In this document: in pieces, positions 35,761 to 49,617 of the stretch
Layout of the letters: the number at the start of each line of letters is the position of its first letter
Numbering within the stretch: the stretch's first letter is position 1
From: Mobula hypostoma
Taxonomy: Eukaryota
DNA length: 64,000 nt
Assembly (NCBI RefSeq): GCF_963921235.1
Contig: NC_086097.1
Coordinates: forward strand, 118,236,001 to 118,300,000
Direction of reading: 5' to 3'
Made by a program: the position numbers and the translations under genes
Notes under the pieces: model-generated
What the model was told of the DNA's origin: nothing
The model's input: only the letters and a program-made list of their open reading frames with translations
Databases searched by the model: none

Positions 35761-37494
35761 AAATCACGATCAGATTTATTATCCTAATTAAGATAATGTG
35801 ACATTTGTTGTTTCACAGCTTCTCTATGGATACCATTAAATGACTAGTCTGGTTTCATGCTTTCTGTTTCTTTTTCTTGTCAATAAAAAATTACATTTAC
35901 CGATTTCCAAATTAAAGGAATTTTCCCCCAAAAGTAGAACTTTTAGCAAAATTAAAAGCAGTGTGGCAATTAGCTGATGAGAACTTTCTGAAACAGCTAG
36001 TAATCCTTCCAAATGAGCTGTGTTGTTTCACTTATGGGGAAAGGCTGAGTAGTCTTGGTTTCTAAAAGTGAAGATTAGAAAAAGATATTAGATCCAATTG
36101 AGAGTATTGATCCTCTAACAATAAAGGTTATTAACAGGGTTGATGTGGAGAGGATATTTTCACTTGAGGAAGAATGCAGAACAAATATTCACTATTTCAA
36201 AGAGGCCACTTTTCTAAGGGAGAAGTGAGTCAAGATTCTTTTTACAGCGACTTTGATTTTGGTAATGTATTAATTTTACTGTTAGATTTTACACACATTT
36301 GTAACTAGCAGTGGGAAGCAAGAAGCATAAAGTGGTGGACAACTAGCTTGCAGCCCATGTGTTGTGAGTTTAAATCTCAAACTGATGTACTAGGAGATAG
36401 GGGATGGGGGAGTCTATAAAAGCACAGCATGTTTTAGTGCAGAATATGAGAACCTACAATGTCTATCGAGTATGGATTTCTGATTTGCATGGTCCCTCTG
36501 TATGGTGAAGATAATAGTGTAGCTTTATACCTAAATCATTAAATAGTAAATTAATTAGAGACAGGTACATGCCGTTTATGTGAATGGATAGGAACCATTG
36601 CAATCTATACCAAGCAAATCTGCAAGAAGTACCTAAAACTCGGTGAACTTCAGTTCAGAGCTGATAAGCAGGATCCTGAGATTTGAACACAACGTCACTT
36701 CAGGGAGGAGGTAAAGTACTAATGTGTTCTTTCCCCAAGAGGCTGCTTTACCATTGAGGATTAGCACTGTAGAGCTGGTATTGTGTGAAATTAGGTTTGC
36801 GGGTGCATGAGTGGGAACTCCCTACAGGAAAGTAAGTTAACTGTCTATTTACAGTGTAAGACAGACATTAAAACATTCAGTAAACCCTTCAATTTACACT
36901 CGGTTGCAGATTCTTATCTAAACTGAGCGCTCGAGGTGGCACACAAGACGGGCATTAAACATTCAGTAAACTATTCGAGTTACAAACAGAGGCAAATGCA
37001 CAGGTTCTCACTTATTGCAGCACACTTCCAATGTTTACAGTTTCCACAGTACTGGCCACATCTCCTAGCCCACGGTGACCCGGACAGCATAAAGAGAGTA
37101 TGTCCTTTCAGCGTGCTGGATTTATACTCTATCGGATCATGTTGTCATCAGCTAAACAGCAGCTATTGAGAGGGGCTGAAGTGCTCCTTAATTGGACCAG
37201 GCCCTAGCTAGGACAGGGGAGCGGCTTTTGGTGAACAGGTAAGAAGGAGACTTACTGCAACCCCTGGTCAGCAAAAGAGAGTAGATGGTACAGCAATGAG
37301 TGACATAGATGTGGGGTTTCAGATGATAGGGCAGGAAGAGTGCAGACCTTGCAAAAGTAAGCAGGTTTATGGGGTTCAGGCAGCTTGTTTTAATAACAGC
37401 AGAATGCAGTCTGAAAGAGAAAACAGATCACAACATCACAGTGGAAAGTAAAGAGAGAGAAAAGCAATATAATATTCATAGAAGACTGTATGGC

Positions 37495-40230
37495 TACTTA
37501 AGAAACAGGAGCAAGAATAGGCCATCTGTCCCGTCGAGCCTACTCCACCATTCAATGTTATCATGGCTGATCTGGCCATGGACTCGCTCACCGAACTGTC
37601 CTTTCCTCATAACCTTTAACTGCTGTTTTGCAAAAATCTATCAAACTGTGTTTTACATATACTTTGAGGTAGTGTGTACTGCTTCAGTGGCCACAGACTT
37701 CCATAGATTCATAACTCTTAGGAAAAGCAATTTCTCCTCATGTCCATCTTAAATCTATTATTAAATGATATTATATATTATTCTATTATATTATAATATA
37801 TATTATTCTATCATATATTATTCTCCTCATCTCCATCTTAAATCTTGAGACTATGTCTGCTAGTTCTAGTCTTACTTACCAGTGGAAACAACAGTCCTGA
37901 AGCTATCTTGACAATCACTTTCATAACTTTATCTGCTTATATTCCTACTTCATAGGCAAACCCCTTCATTTCTTGACTCAACCTCATAAACCTCTGCACC
38001 TCCTGCAAAGCCAGTATATTTTTTCATAAGACCAGAAATTTATATAGTACCCCAGGTGTAGCATCTCCAGTACCCTGTACAGTTTCTGCACAACCTCCCA
38101 CTCTTAAATTCAATCCCTCCAGCAATGATAACCAATATTCCATTTGCCTTCTTGATAACCCAGGGCACCTGCAAACCAACCTTTTACCATTCATGCACAA
38201 TCCCTCCCAAATCTTTCTGAACAATAGCGTGCTGTAATCTTAAATAATAAAATGATCTTCTATTTTTCCTCCCAAAGGGGAAGCCCTCACATTTACCTAC
38301 ATTGTACTCCATCTGCCACACACCTGCTCATTCATTTAACCTATCTATAGCCCTCCACAGGCTTTTTGCACCCTTAGCTCAATTTGCTTTTTCATTCAAT
38401 TGAGTGTCATCAGCAAGTTTAGAAACATTATACTCAATCTTGTCTTCCAAACTATTGATATATATTTTGAAAATTTTCAGGGCCAGCACTGACCCCTGTG
38501 ACAGTCCGTTCACCAGTGACCGCCGACCAGAGAAGCATCCATTTAGAAACATAGAAAACCTACAGCACAATACAAGCCCTTCGGTCCACAAAGTTGTGTC
38601 GAACATGACCTTACCTTAGAAATTACTAGGCTTTCCCATAGCCCTCTATTTTTTAAGCTCCATGTACGTATCCAAAAGTCTCTTAAAAGACCCTATTGTA
38701 TCTGCCTCCACCACTTACCCAACATCTCCTCTGTACCTACTCCCCAGCACCTTAAACCTGTGTCCTCTTGTGGCAACCATTTCAGCCCTGGGAAAAAGCC
38801 TTTGACTATCCACACGACCAATGCCTCTCAACATCTTATACACCTCTATCAGGTCACCTCTCATCCTCCGTCGTTCCAAGGACAAAAGGCTGAGTTCACT
38901 CAACCTATTCTCATAAGGCATGCTCCCCAATCCAGGCAACATCCTTGCAGATCTCCTCTGCACCCTTTCTATGGCTTCCACATCCTTCCAGTAGTGAGGC
39001 AACCAGAACTGAGCACAGTACTCCAAGTGGGGTCTGACCAGGGTCCTATATAGCTGCAACATTACCTCTCGGCTCCTAAATTCAATTCCACGATTGATGA
39101 AGGCCAACACATCATATGCCTTCTTAACCACAGAGTCAAACTGCGCAGCTGCTTTGAGTATCCTATGGACTCGGACCCCAAGATCCCTCTGTTCCTCCAC
39201 ACTGCCAAGAGTCTTACCATTAATACTATATTCTGCCATCATAGTTGACCTACCAAAGTGAACCACTTCACACTTATCTGGGTTGAACTCCATCTGCCAC
39301 TTCTCCGCCCAGTTTTGCATCCTATCAATGTCCCGCAGTAACCTGTGGCTGCCCTCCACACTATCCCAACACCGTCAACCTTTGTGTCATCAGAAAACTT
39401 ACTAACCCATCCCTCCACTTCCTTATCCAGGTCATTTATAAAAATCACGAAGAGTAAGGGTCCCAGAACAGATCCCTGAGGCACACCACTGGTCACCGAC
39501 CTCCATGCAGAATATGAGCCGTCTTTAACCACTCTGAATTCTCAATTCTCTCCCTTCTATTTAATTACCAATCTTCTACCCATTCTAATATATTGCCTTC
39601 AACTCCATGCATCCTTATCTTATGGATACGTTTTTATGTGGCACTTTATTGAGGGCCTTCTGGTAATCCAGTTATACAACATCCACCTGCTCCGCTCTAT
39701 TTACTGTGTTCATTATACCCCCAAAGAACTCCAGTATGTATGTCAAACAGATTTTCCCTTCATGAATCAGCTTCTATCCAAATGTTTCATTATTTTTTCC
39801 TTATTGATAGTTTCAAACATTTTCCTGACAGCAGCCTTAATCTATCTGGCTGATAGTTACTCGACTTTCGGCTACATCATTTATTAATCAGTGCAATGAC
39901 ATTTGCTGTATCCCAGTTTGCTGGGATTTACCCTGAGTCCAGAGAATATTGGTAAATTATCACAAATGCATCTATTTCAATGTCTGCCATTTTTTTTCCA
40001 GTAACTAGGGATTCATCCTATCAGGGTCAGGGGATTTGTCTACTTTTTGGCCACTAGTTGTCTCATCTTTACATCTTTAGTGTTTGCGATTGTCTGAAGG
40101 TCCTCACCTCCCAATGTGCTCATAACATTTCTAATTATCATGTTAGAAGTGTTCTCCACCATAAGAACTGAAAAAAATAGTCAATCAAAGCTTTGACTAT
40201 TTTCACATTACCATATTAAAACACTCTTCT
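37495..40230 (-). mobile_element. Old degenerate CR1 (related to family 1), host of a younger CR1
   Basis: 3'UTR AGAAACAGGAGCAAGAATAGGCCAT; RT remnants (QGSVL, KLADD) on both sides of 38545-39535. Confidence 0.75.
38543..39535 (-). mobile_element. CR1 (family 3) 3' portion, nested
   Basis: ORFs 38715-39359 and 39239-39532 ([14 protein letters not shown]); TAGAAACATAGAAA tail; small internal deletion near 38714. Confidence 0.9.
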
Positions 40231-40317
40231 CATCTTAGACACAATTCTATGAGGTTATGAGTGTGACACATCAAAGTCAAAGTAAATTATGCATATGTCA
40301 CTCTGTGTATTTTAGGA

Positions 40318-43300
40318 TGTGCTATGTTTCTTCTTAACAAAGCCAGACTTAGCGTGGATAAGCGCTTGAACATTTTTATTCAGGGCACTGTTCTGCTCTC
40401 AGTACATGCAACCAGTTTGCCAACATCACTTCCAGTTCCAGGTGAGCCACCCACATTGCACACTGGGAATTGAAGATCCTTATTATGCACACATAATAAC
40501 ACATCTTGCCCCTTTAAAGAAAAACAAATTCAAAACTATGCTCTCATAAACCTGCAAGGAACAATAAACCTTTCTAACAAAGAATTCTACATTCTGTAGT
40601 CAGTCCTTTCTTCATTCATCAAATTTAAATCAGTCTTTGAGGTGGTTTAATGATACTTTTTGGTCTGCTGTTTGTTTCCACAAGTGTATTACTTGCATTC
40701 GTTGTAACTCTCTGAGAATTCTGATCAACAAGTTCATTTTTTACATATGCTGGCTCCTTTGCTGTACTGACAAGTGATGTGTCACAGCTATGGGTTGGAG
40801 CTTGTGGTTGTAGATCCACACAATTCCTTCTCAGGGGTGTTCCTCGCTCTATCTGGATCTGATAAGAATGTGGACTTACTTCCTCTTGCACATATCCTTG
40901 CATGGACCATCTGCCGGAATCATGATTGCATATTCACACTTGATCTCCAGGGTTCAGGACTGGTAGGCAGTCTTGTTGTGATACTATTTAACTTCCCCCT
41001 TCAGGTAGCCAATTTGACCTTGTGAGCTCCTTTAGGTGTCAACAGATTTTTATACACTGGAAAGTTAGTTTGAATGCTTCTAGCCATCAGCATTTGGACT
41101 CGTGCAAGTTTCTTCTGCAGTGGTGCACTTCAGTAAATCATTAAATTTTTGTGGAAATCCTCTTGTCATTGTGCTTTCTTCATGAGGCCCTTCACTACCT
41201 TGACCAAATTCTCTGCTAGGCTATTTGAATATGCGTGATGTGGGCTTGAAGTTATATGGCTATACACCCAATCATTGGGAAAGGACTCAAATTCACAGCT
41301 CGAAAATTGTGGACCATTGTCTGATAATACTTCACATGGAACTCCATGCCTCAGAAACACAGCTTTCATGAAGGTGATGACTGCTTTGCTGGATGTTGAT
41401 TGCAGTGTTGCAACCTCTGGGTAATTGGATAAGAGGTCTCTTACAACAATACAACTCTTCCCATTACAAGCAAACATATCCACTTCATATTTGAAGTACA
41501 GAATGTCTGATACAGGGTGTGATGTAAGCGGTTCTGCTTGCTGCTTTGGTCTGTAGCTAAGGCATAGTTCACTTGAAGCAATGGTCTGGCTGATGACTTG
41601 GTTCATTCTTAGCCAGTACATCTCTTCCCGAGCTCTATGTTTGCATCTTTTCTACCTTTTGGAGCATTTCAATGTGTAGCAACAGTGGAATCACAAATCT
41701 GTTCCCTTTGAAGACCATATCTTCTACTACCAGTAGATCAATTCTGCATGCCCAATAATCAAGAGCACACATTTGACAGTCTTTCTTGGCTGCTGGCCAT
41801 CCTTTCTGTATTGTGTATTTGAGTACTTTCACTGCTTCATTTGTCCCTGCTGCTTTCCTAATCCTCCCTGTTCTATCAGGAGATGCTTCAATGAAGACGA
41901 CAATTATGTCAACATAGCCCTGCACGAATCTCTCGGTCACTCTTTCCTTTCTTGTTGACTGTTGGAGACAGCACATCAGCAGCAAACATATATTTTCCCA
42001 GTGTGTAGATTATCTTCATATCATACTACTGCAGCCTTATCAACATGCGCCGGATCCTCATGGTTTGGAAATAATTGAGAGCGGTGGTTTATGGTGTGTC
42101 TCCACTTCAAAAGCCTGTCCACTGATGGAAAGATTTGCATGCAAATGTGCTGGCAAGAAGCTTTTTCTCTCTCTGCGCTTTGTTGGCTTCTGCACTTGTT
42201 AAAGCCCTTGATGTTTAGGCCACCAGCTGCCAGGTGTCATCATGCTGCTGCAGTACTATTGCTCCAAGGCCGTACCGAGACACTTCAGCCGAGATCCTCG
42301 TACACCTTTCCAGATCATAAGACTATAGCACAGGTTCTTCACTTAGGGCTCTTTTCAGTATCTGGAAACAATCTTCTTGCTTGTGAGACCAAATCCACTT
42401 ATTTTGCTGCTCAAGGAGTGCCTTATGTTGTGCTGACACAGTAGGCTGCCGAAGGATCAACTTAGCCAGGTAAGTCACCATCTCTAAGAAACATCACACC
42501 TCCTTTTTGTCCTAGGGCTTCTCCATGTCTTCAATAGCTGATGTCTTTCTTGGGTCAGGCTTCACTCCTTCTTCCAATATGACATCTCCTATGAAAGTCT
42601 AAACTCACTTTTCTCTTTATTTAATTTCAAATTGACATTCTGTATCACATCAAGCACATGACTCAGTGGTGCATCACGTTCATCCTTGGTGGACACCCAG
42701 ATGATGATACATCCATTATCATCTTGATTCCAGGTATGCCCTCAGAGATCATGTGGTTGGCTTTATGGTGGACTTCTGGTGCAGACATCATCCCATACAG
42801 TAGTGAAAGAAAGTGATACCTTCTTTGTGGTGTGTTAAAACTACACAGTCTCATATCTGCCTCTTCAAGCTTCCTCTGCCAAAACCTAGAGAACATGTTG
42901 AATTTGCTAAACCACTTGGCACCTGCAAACTGGGACATGACCTCTTCCCATGTTGGCAATTTAAAATGCTCTTGCCATGGCTTTAGTGAGTTCTTTTCAT
43001 CTAGACATATCCACAATGCTCCATTTTTCTTTTGTTTGATGACTAGTGAGCTCACCCAAACTGATGGTTCTTCAATTTTCTGTATGATGCTTATCTGTTC
43101 CATGCGTGCTCTTTCCTGTTTAGGATTGTCTCTAACTGCAAACAGAACTTCCTAGCATGTATGAACACCAGGAGCTAACTGTCTGATCTACATGAATTTT
43201 GTGTACTCCAGGTAATCATCTGAGCCCCTCAAAGCTGCCTGCATACTCTTCCATGAGAGTTGTGTGATCACCTTCAGTCTGTGAAGCCACTATGCATAAC

Positions 43301-44628
43301 TGTTTCACCAGGTTGAGCTTTTCACATGCACTCAAACCTAATATTGGCTGTACTCACTTTTCTACCATCAGTAGTGGTGCCTTTAGGTGTGTCCCTCGTG
43401 CTTGATTTCACTATACAGCCCTCTTTTTCTGGAAAGATCTTTCTAATGTAATCTGTCACTTTTAAGTTCACTGGGTAAATATAGATTTTTATTTTGAGAG
43501 TCTTGTTATCATCAATGGATAACAAATTCATCTGGGCTCCAGTGTCAAGCTTGAATGGAATTACTGTCTCATTCACAGTTAGCAGATCAACCCGTTCCAT
43601 CTTATCAGCACCAGTAGTCTGGACAGAATCCACAAAGACTTCCACCATCTCCTCAGTAATAATGTGCACCTTTCTCTTGATAGCCCCAGCTTTGCAGCAC
43701 TTTGCAAAATGATTCTTCTTCCTACAATTATTGGATGAATTTCCATAAGAAGGACACGTCCTTGGGATGTGCCTACATCCACATTTGCCGCATTTGCTGT
43801 AAACCCTACCTGTACACTTTGCTGGTGCTTTGGGAAACTCCTTTACTCTGTTCCATTGTTTTCACAGCATGCACTGTTATGTCTGCTCTGAGCTGCTCCT
43901 TAGCTTGTGATTGTGTGGTCTCTGCTGCCCTGCACATACACACAGGCATTTCCTGTGCCAAACTTAACACCTTACTTCTGATCACAGGAAAATAAATTAT
44001 ATCTCTCAGATGTGATGTTTTTACATGTGATGTTTTACTTTTATTTGGCAACATACTCCTTAAATGTTGCCATTAGTGTGTTGAACATAAAGGTTGCCTC
44101 ATCAATTGAAAAGCTGTTTTAGATTTCCAAAGCATCTTTGCCAATTACATGTAGAAAAATAGAGGCATTGAAATTTTCACCAGTCCTTCCCACTCCACTA
44201 GCTGCTAAATATATATTGAATCCTTGTTTGAAGTATTTCCAGTTATCAGATTTCCTGTAAAATGCATTGGTGCAGGAGGACATAGCTTACCCATGCAGGA
44301 ATTTATGGCCCCTCACCTGAATTTATTAGAAGTCCTGTGAACGTTGAACTTCAAGAACACTTGCTTCCCTCTGTCACTAATGGTTCTTTCTTAGTCGCAC
44401 ACTGTATTGATTTACACTCTGTGTTTAAACCTTATGCCGACTTCTAACACCGTGTTATGTTTGTTCTTAATAAAGACAAATTTAGCATGAGTAAACACTA
44501 ATGCATTTTTATTTGGAATACTGTTCAAAACTCAACGTGTACAACCAGCTCACCAAAATCTCTTCCTGATCTGGGTGAACCACTCGCATTGCTCACTGGG
44601 ATCTTTATCATGCAGACATAATGACACA
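40318..44628 (-). mobile_element. Decayed full-length Gypsy LTR retrotransposon with short LTRs
   Basis: LTRs at about 40318-40503 and 44453-44628; PBS-like GACTTCTAACACC and PPT-like TCTTGCCCCTTT adjacent; gag, protease (FKLDTGAQ), RT (WVSSLVI), RNase H and integrase (SDNGPQF) in Gypsy order, with many stops. Confidence 0.9.
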
Positions 44629-44769
44629 TCATTTTCTGCAGGAATTACTGGAAAATAAAGAAATACAATAGAATTGATGAAAAACTATAAATAACAAAGA
44701 CTGACAAACAACTGGTATGCGAAAGATGACAAATCATAAATAAATAAACACATAAATACTTGTTAGGAC

Positions 44770-46099
44770 TATGGCTTGTCACAGTTATCGTTTGGAAAGG
44801 CCAGGTGATGCAGATTTCAAAGCTTTATAAATACACTGACTCCTCAAACCTTGCCCCAACCATCACCAGCCATGGGCTCCTCTATGCAGTTGCCCAGCAC
44901 TCTTAAAATTAAAATAAATGATGTCCACAAAGCAGGAGAAGGCTATAACAAGATAGCAAAGGGTTTTCAGGTAGCCGTTTCCTCAGTTCGTAATGTATTT
45001 AAGAAATGGCAGTTAACAGGAACTTTGGAGGTCAAGTTGAGGTCTGGAAGACCGAAAAACATTCCAAGAGAACCAGAGAGGCAAATCAAAACCCCCATCT
45101 GACTGCAAAAGACCTTCAGGAAGATTTAGCAGACTCTGGAGTTGTGGTGCACTATTCTACTGTGCAGTGACATCTGCACAAATATGACCTTCATGGAAGA
45201 GTCATCAGAAGAAAACCTTTCCTGCATCCTCAACACAAAATTCAGCGTCAGAAGTTTGCAAAGGAACATCTGAACAAGGCTGATGCATTTTGGAAACAAG
45301 TCCTGTGGACTGATGAATTTAAAATAGAACTATTTGGCCACAATGAGCAAAGGTATGTTTGGAGAAAAGAGGGTGCAGAATTTTATGAAAAGAGCACCTC
45401 TCCAACTGTTAAGCACAGGGGTAGATCGATCATGCTTTGGGCTTGTGTTCCAGCCAGTGGCACGGGGAACATTTCACTGGTAGAGGGAAGAATGAATTCA
45501 ATTAAATACCAGCAAATTCTGGAAGCAAACATCACACCATCTGTAAAAAAGCTGAAGATGAAAAGAGGATGGCTTCTACAACAGGATAACGATCTTAAAC
45601 ACACCTCAAAATCCACGATGGACTACCTCAAGAGGCGCACGCTGAAGGTTTTGCCATGGCCCTTGAAGTCCCCTGACCTAAACATCATTGAGAATCTGTG
45701 GATAGACCTCAAAAGAGCAGTGCATGCAAGACGGCCCAAGAATCTCACAGAACTAGAAGCCTTTTGCAAGGAAGAATGGGTGAAAATCCCCCAAGCTAGA
45801 ATTGAAAGGCTCATAGCTGGCTACAGAAAGCATTTACAAGCTGTGATACTTGCCAAACGGGGTGTTACTAAGTACTGACCATGCAGGGTGCCCAAACTTT
45901 TGCTTCGGGCCCTTTTCCCTTTTTGGTATTTTGAAACAGTAAAAGATGGAAATAAAAAAGGAACCTTGCTTAAAATATTAAAGAAATGTGTCATCTTTAA
46001 CTTTATGCCTTTTGGAAATCAGGTCATCTTTTACTCGCTGAACTATTCACAGTAACAGAGGTTTTGTCCAGGGATGCCCAAACTTCTGCATGCAACTGC
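44770..46099 (+). mobile_element. Tc1 transposon (IR/DR type) lacking its left end; transposase pseudogene about 44872-45878
   Basis: SGRP, VLWTDE, QQDNDLKH, SPDLNIIENLW; right end with inner and outer DR GCCCAAACTT(T/C)TGC near 45889 and 46076. Confidence 0.92.
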
Positions 46100-46548
46100 A
46101 TACAGTGAAGTGTGTCATTTAAGTGAAACCATAGAAACCATAGAAACTACAGCACAGAAACAGGCCCTTTGGCCCTTCTTGGCTGTGCCGAACCATTTTC
46201 TGCCTAGTCCCACTGACCTGCACACGGACCATATCCCTCCATACACCTCCCATCCATGTATCTGTCCAATTTATTCTTAAATGTTAAAAAAGAACCCGCA
46301 TTTACCACCTCGTCTGGCAGCTCATTCCATACTCCCACCACTCTCTGCGTGAAGAAGCCCCCCTTATTATTCCCTTTAAACTTTTCCCCCCTCACCCTTA
46401 ACCCATGTCCTCTGGTTTTTTTCTCCCCTTGCCTCAGTGGAAAAAGCCCGCTTGCATTCACTCTATCTATACCCATCATAATTTTATATACCTCTATCAA
46501 ATCTCCCCTCATTCTTCTACACTCCAGGGAATAAAGTCCTAACCTATT

Positions 46549-46810
46549 CATAGAAACATAGAAACATAGAAAATAGGTGCAGGAGTAGGCCATTCGGCCC
46601 TTCAAGCCTGCACCGCCATTTATTATGATCATGGCTGATCATCCAACTCAGAACCCTGCCCCAGCCTTCCCTCCATACCCCCTGACCCCTGTAGCCACAA
46701 GGGCCATATCTAAATCCCTCTTAAACATAGCCAATGAACTGGCCTCAACAGTTTGCTGTGGCAGAGAATTCCATAGATTCACCACTCTCTGTGTGAAGAA
46801 GTTTTTCCTA
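46549..46810 (-). mobile_element. CR1 family 1 3' end inserted in CR1 family 2
   Basis: Reverse complement of about 3248-3501; imperfect duplication AACCTATTCA / AACCTTTCA. Confidence 0.92.
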
Positions 46811-48763
46811 AACCTTTCAACCTTTCTCTGTAACTGAGTTTCTCAAGACCCGGCAACATCCTTGTAAACCCTCTCTGCACTCTTTAAACCTTATTTATAT
46901 CCTTCCTGTAATTTGGTGACCAAAACTGAACACAATACTCCAGATTCGGCCTCACCAATGCCTTATACAACCTCATCATAATATTCCAGCTCTTATACTC
47001 AATACTTTGATTAATAAAGACCAATGTACCAAAAGCTCTCTTTACAACCCTATCTACCTGTGATGCTACTTTTAGGGAATTTTGTATCAGTATTCCCAGA
47101 TCCCTCTGTTCCACTGCACTCCTCAGTGCCTTACCATTAACCCTGTATGTTCTACGTTGGTTTGTCCTTCCAACGTGCAATACCTCACACTTGTCAATAT
47201 TAAACTCCATCTGCCATTTTTCAGCCCATTTTTCCAGCTGTTCCAAGTCCCTCTGCAGGCTCTGAAAACCTTCCTCACCGTCTACTACACCTCCAATCTT
47301 TGTATCATCAGCAAACTTGCTGATCCAATTTACCACATTATCATCCAGATCATTGATATAGATGACAAATAACAATGGACCCAGCACTGATCCCTGTGGC
47401 ACACGACTAGTCACAGGCCTCCACTCAGAGAAGCAATTCTCTACCACCACTCTCTGGCTTCTTCCATCGAGCCAATGTCTAATCCAATTTACCACCTTTC
47501 CACGTATACCTAGCAACTGAATTTTCCTAACTAACCTCCCATGCGGGACCTTGTCAAAGGCCTTACTGAAGTCCATGTAGACAATATCCACTGCCTTCCC
47601 TTCATCCACTTTCCTGGTAACCTCCTCGAAAAACTCCAACAGATTGGTCAAACATGACCTACCATGCACTAAGCCATGTTGACTCTCCCTAATAAGCCCC
47701 TGTCTATCCAAATGCTTGTAGATTCTGTCTCTTAGTACTTCCTCCTATAACTTACCTACTACTGACGTTAAACTCACCGGCCTATAATTTCCTGGATTAC
47801 TTTTTGATCCTTTTTTAAACAACGGAACAACATGAGCCACTCTCCAATCCTCCGGCACTTCACCCGTAGACAGCGACATTTTAAATATTTCTGCCAGGGC
47901 CCCCGCAATTTCAACACTAGTCTCCTTCAAGGTACGAGGGAACACTCTGTCAGGTCCCGGGGATTTATCCACTTTAATTTTCCTCAAGATAGCAAGCACC
48001 TCCTCCTTTTCAATCTGTACAGTTTCCATGGTCTCACTACTTGATTCCCTCAATTCCATAGATTTCATGCCAGCTTCCTTAGTAAATACAGATGCAAAAA
48101 ACCCATTTAAGATCTCCCACATTTCCTTTGGTTCCGCACAAAGCCGACCACTCTGATCTTCAAGAGGACCAATTTTATCGCTTACAATCCTTTTGCTCTT
48201 AATATACTTGTAAGAGCTCTTTGGATTATCCTTCACTTTGACTGCCAAGGCAACCTCATGTCTTCTTTTAGCCCTCCTGATTTCTTTCTTAAGTATTTTC
48301 TTGCACTTCTTATACTCTTCAAGCACCTGATTTACCCCCTGTTTCCTATACATTTCATACAACTCCCTCTTCTTCTTTATCAGAGTTGCAATATGACTTG
48401 AGAACCAAGGTTCCTTATTCCTATTCAATTTGCCTTTAATCCTGACAGGAACATACAAACTCTGCACTCTCAAAATTTCCCCTTTGAAGGCTTCCTACCT
48501 ACCAATCACATCTTTGCCAGAGAACAACCTGTCCCAATCCACGCTTCTTAGATCCTTTCTCATTTCTTCAAATTTGGCCTTCTTCCAGTTCAGAACCTCA
48601 ACCCTAGGACCAGCTCTATCCTTGTCCATGATCAAATTGAAACTAATGGTGTTATGATCACTGGAACCAAAGTGCTCCCCTACACAGACTTCTGTCACTT
48701 GCCCTAATTCGTTACCTAACAGGAGATCCAATATTGCATCCCCTCTAGTTGGTCTCTCTATAT

Positions 48764-49617
48764 TGTTACGTACCCCGTAACTGGGTTGCCAAACCAGCAG
48801 AAATGGATCACTCAGTTGGAGTCTGGAGTACTAGAACTAAGAAAGTTTTATTAAAGAAACAAGCAACACAGTAATCGAAAGGATAATAAATGCAACAGTT
48901 CAGCGATGATAAACACACGTGCACAGAATTAAGATAACAGCATCAATCAAGCTCTATCGTTGTCTAGGGGTAAATGACCAAATTTCAAAATGACTCAAAG
49001 TTCAGTCCAGTTCAGTTCGCAGTAATCGTTGCCATGGCGATGGACAATGTGGGGGAAGAGAGAGATAGAACAGGAACAACTGATCATTCAGAACACTGCT
49101 TCACTCACAGACCTGCGAGATGGCTCACAAGCAGCTTTTGGGCGGGTCTTTGGTGATGTCACCTGAGGTCACCGACTGTGACCCCTCCTCCAGATGCGGT
49201 CGATCCTCTGCAGTGAACCCGGCACCCAGGCAAGGGCGGACACACACCGGGTTCCCACTGATCGTACCTTTCCACCCTGGCCATTGTCTGGTACTTCCCA
49301 CTGACTCGTGAGAAGCGTACCGCTTCCAGGGTCTCGTTACCTCGGGTGGCGGGTGTCCCTGTCTTAGCGAACCTGTCCCTTTTTATCCCCCTGCTGGGGC
49401 ATCGCCTGTCCACCACTTCAAACAGTTCAGGGTTCAAAGGGGGAGCCGCTCCAGACAGCTCTCTCTCTCCCACGTCCCTTCATTACACATCTCCAGACGC
49501 TGCTCCATTGTTCCTTATCTCTCCTTCCCCTGAGGGCAGGTGGCAGACCAACTGCTGATGCCACTGATGCTAGCCCAGGCCAGCAAACATCTTAATTTTA
49601 TGTGTATTCTCGTAACA
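48764..49617 (-). mobile_element. Young solo LTR (854 bp) inserted in the CR1 endonuclease region
   Basis: TGTTACG...CGTAACA termini, TSD ATAT (48760-48763, 49618-49621); AATAAA on the minus strand near 48850; many CpGs retained. Confidence 0.92.
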
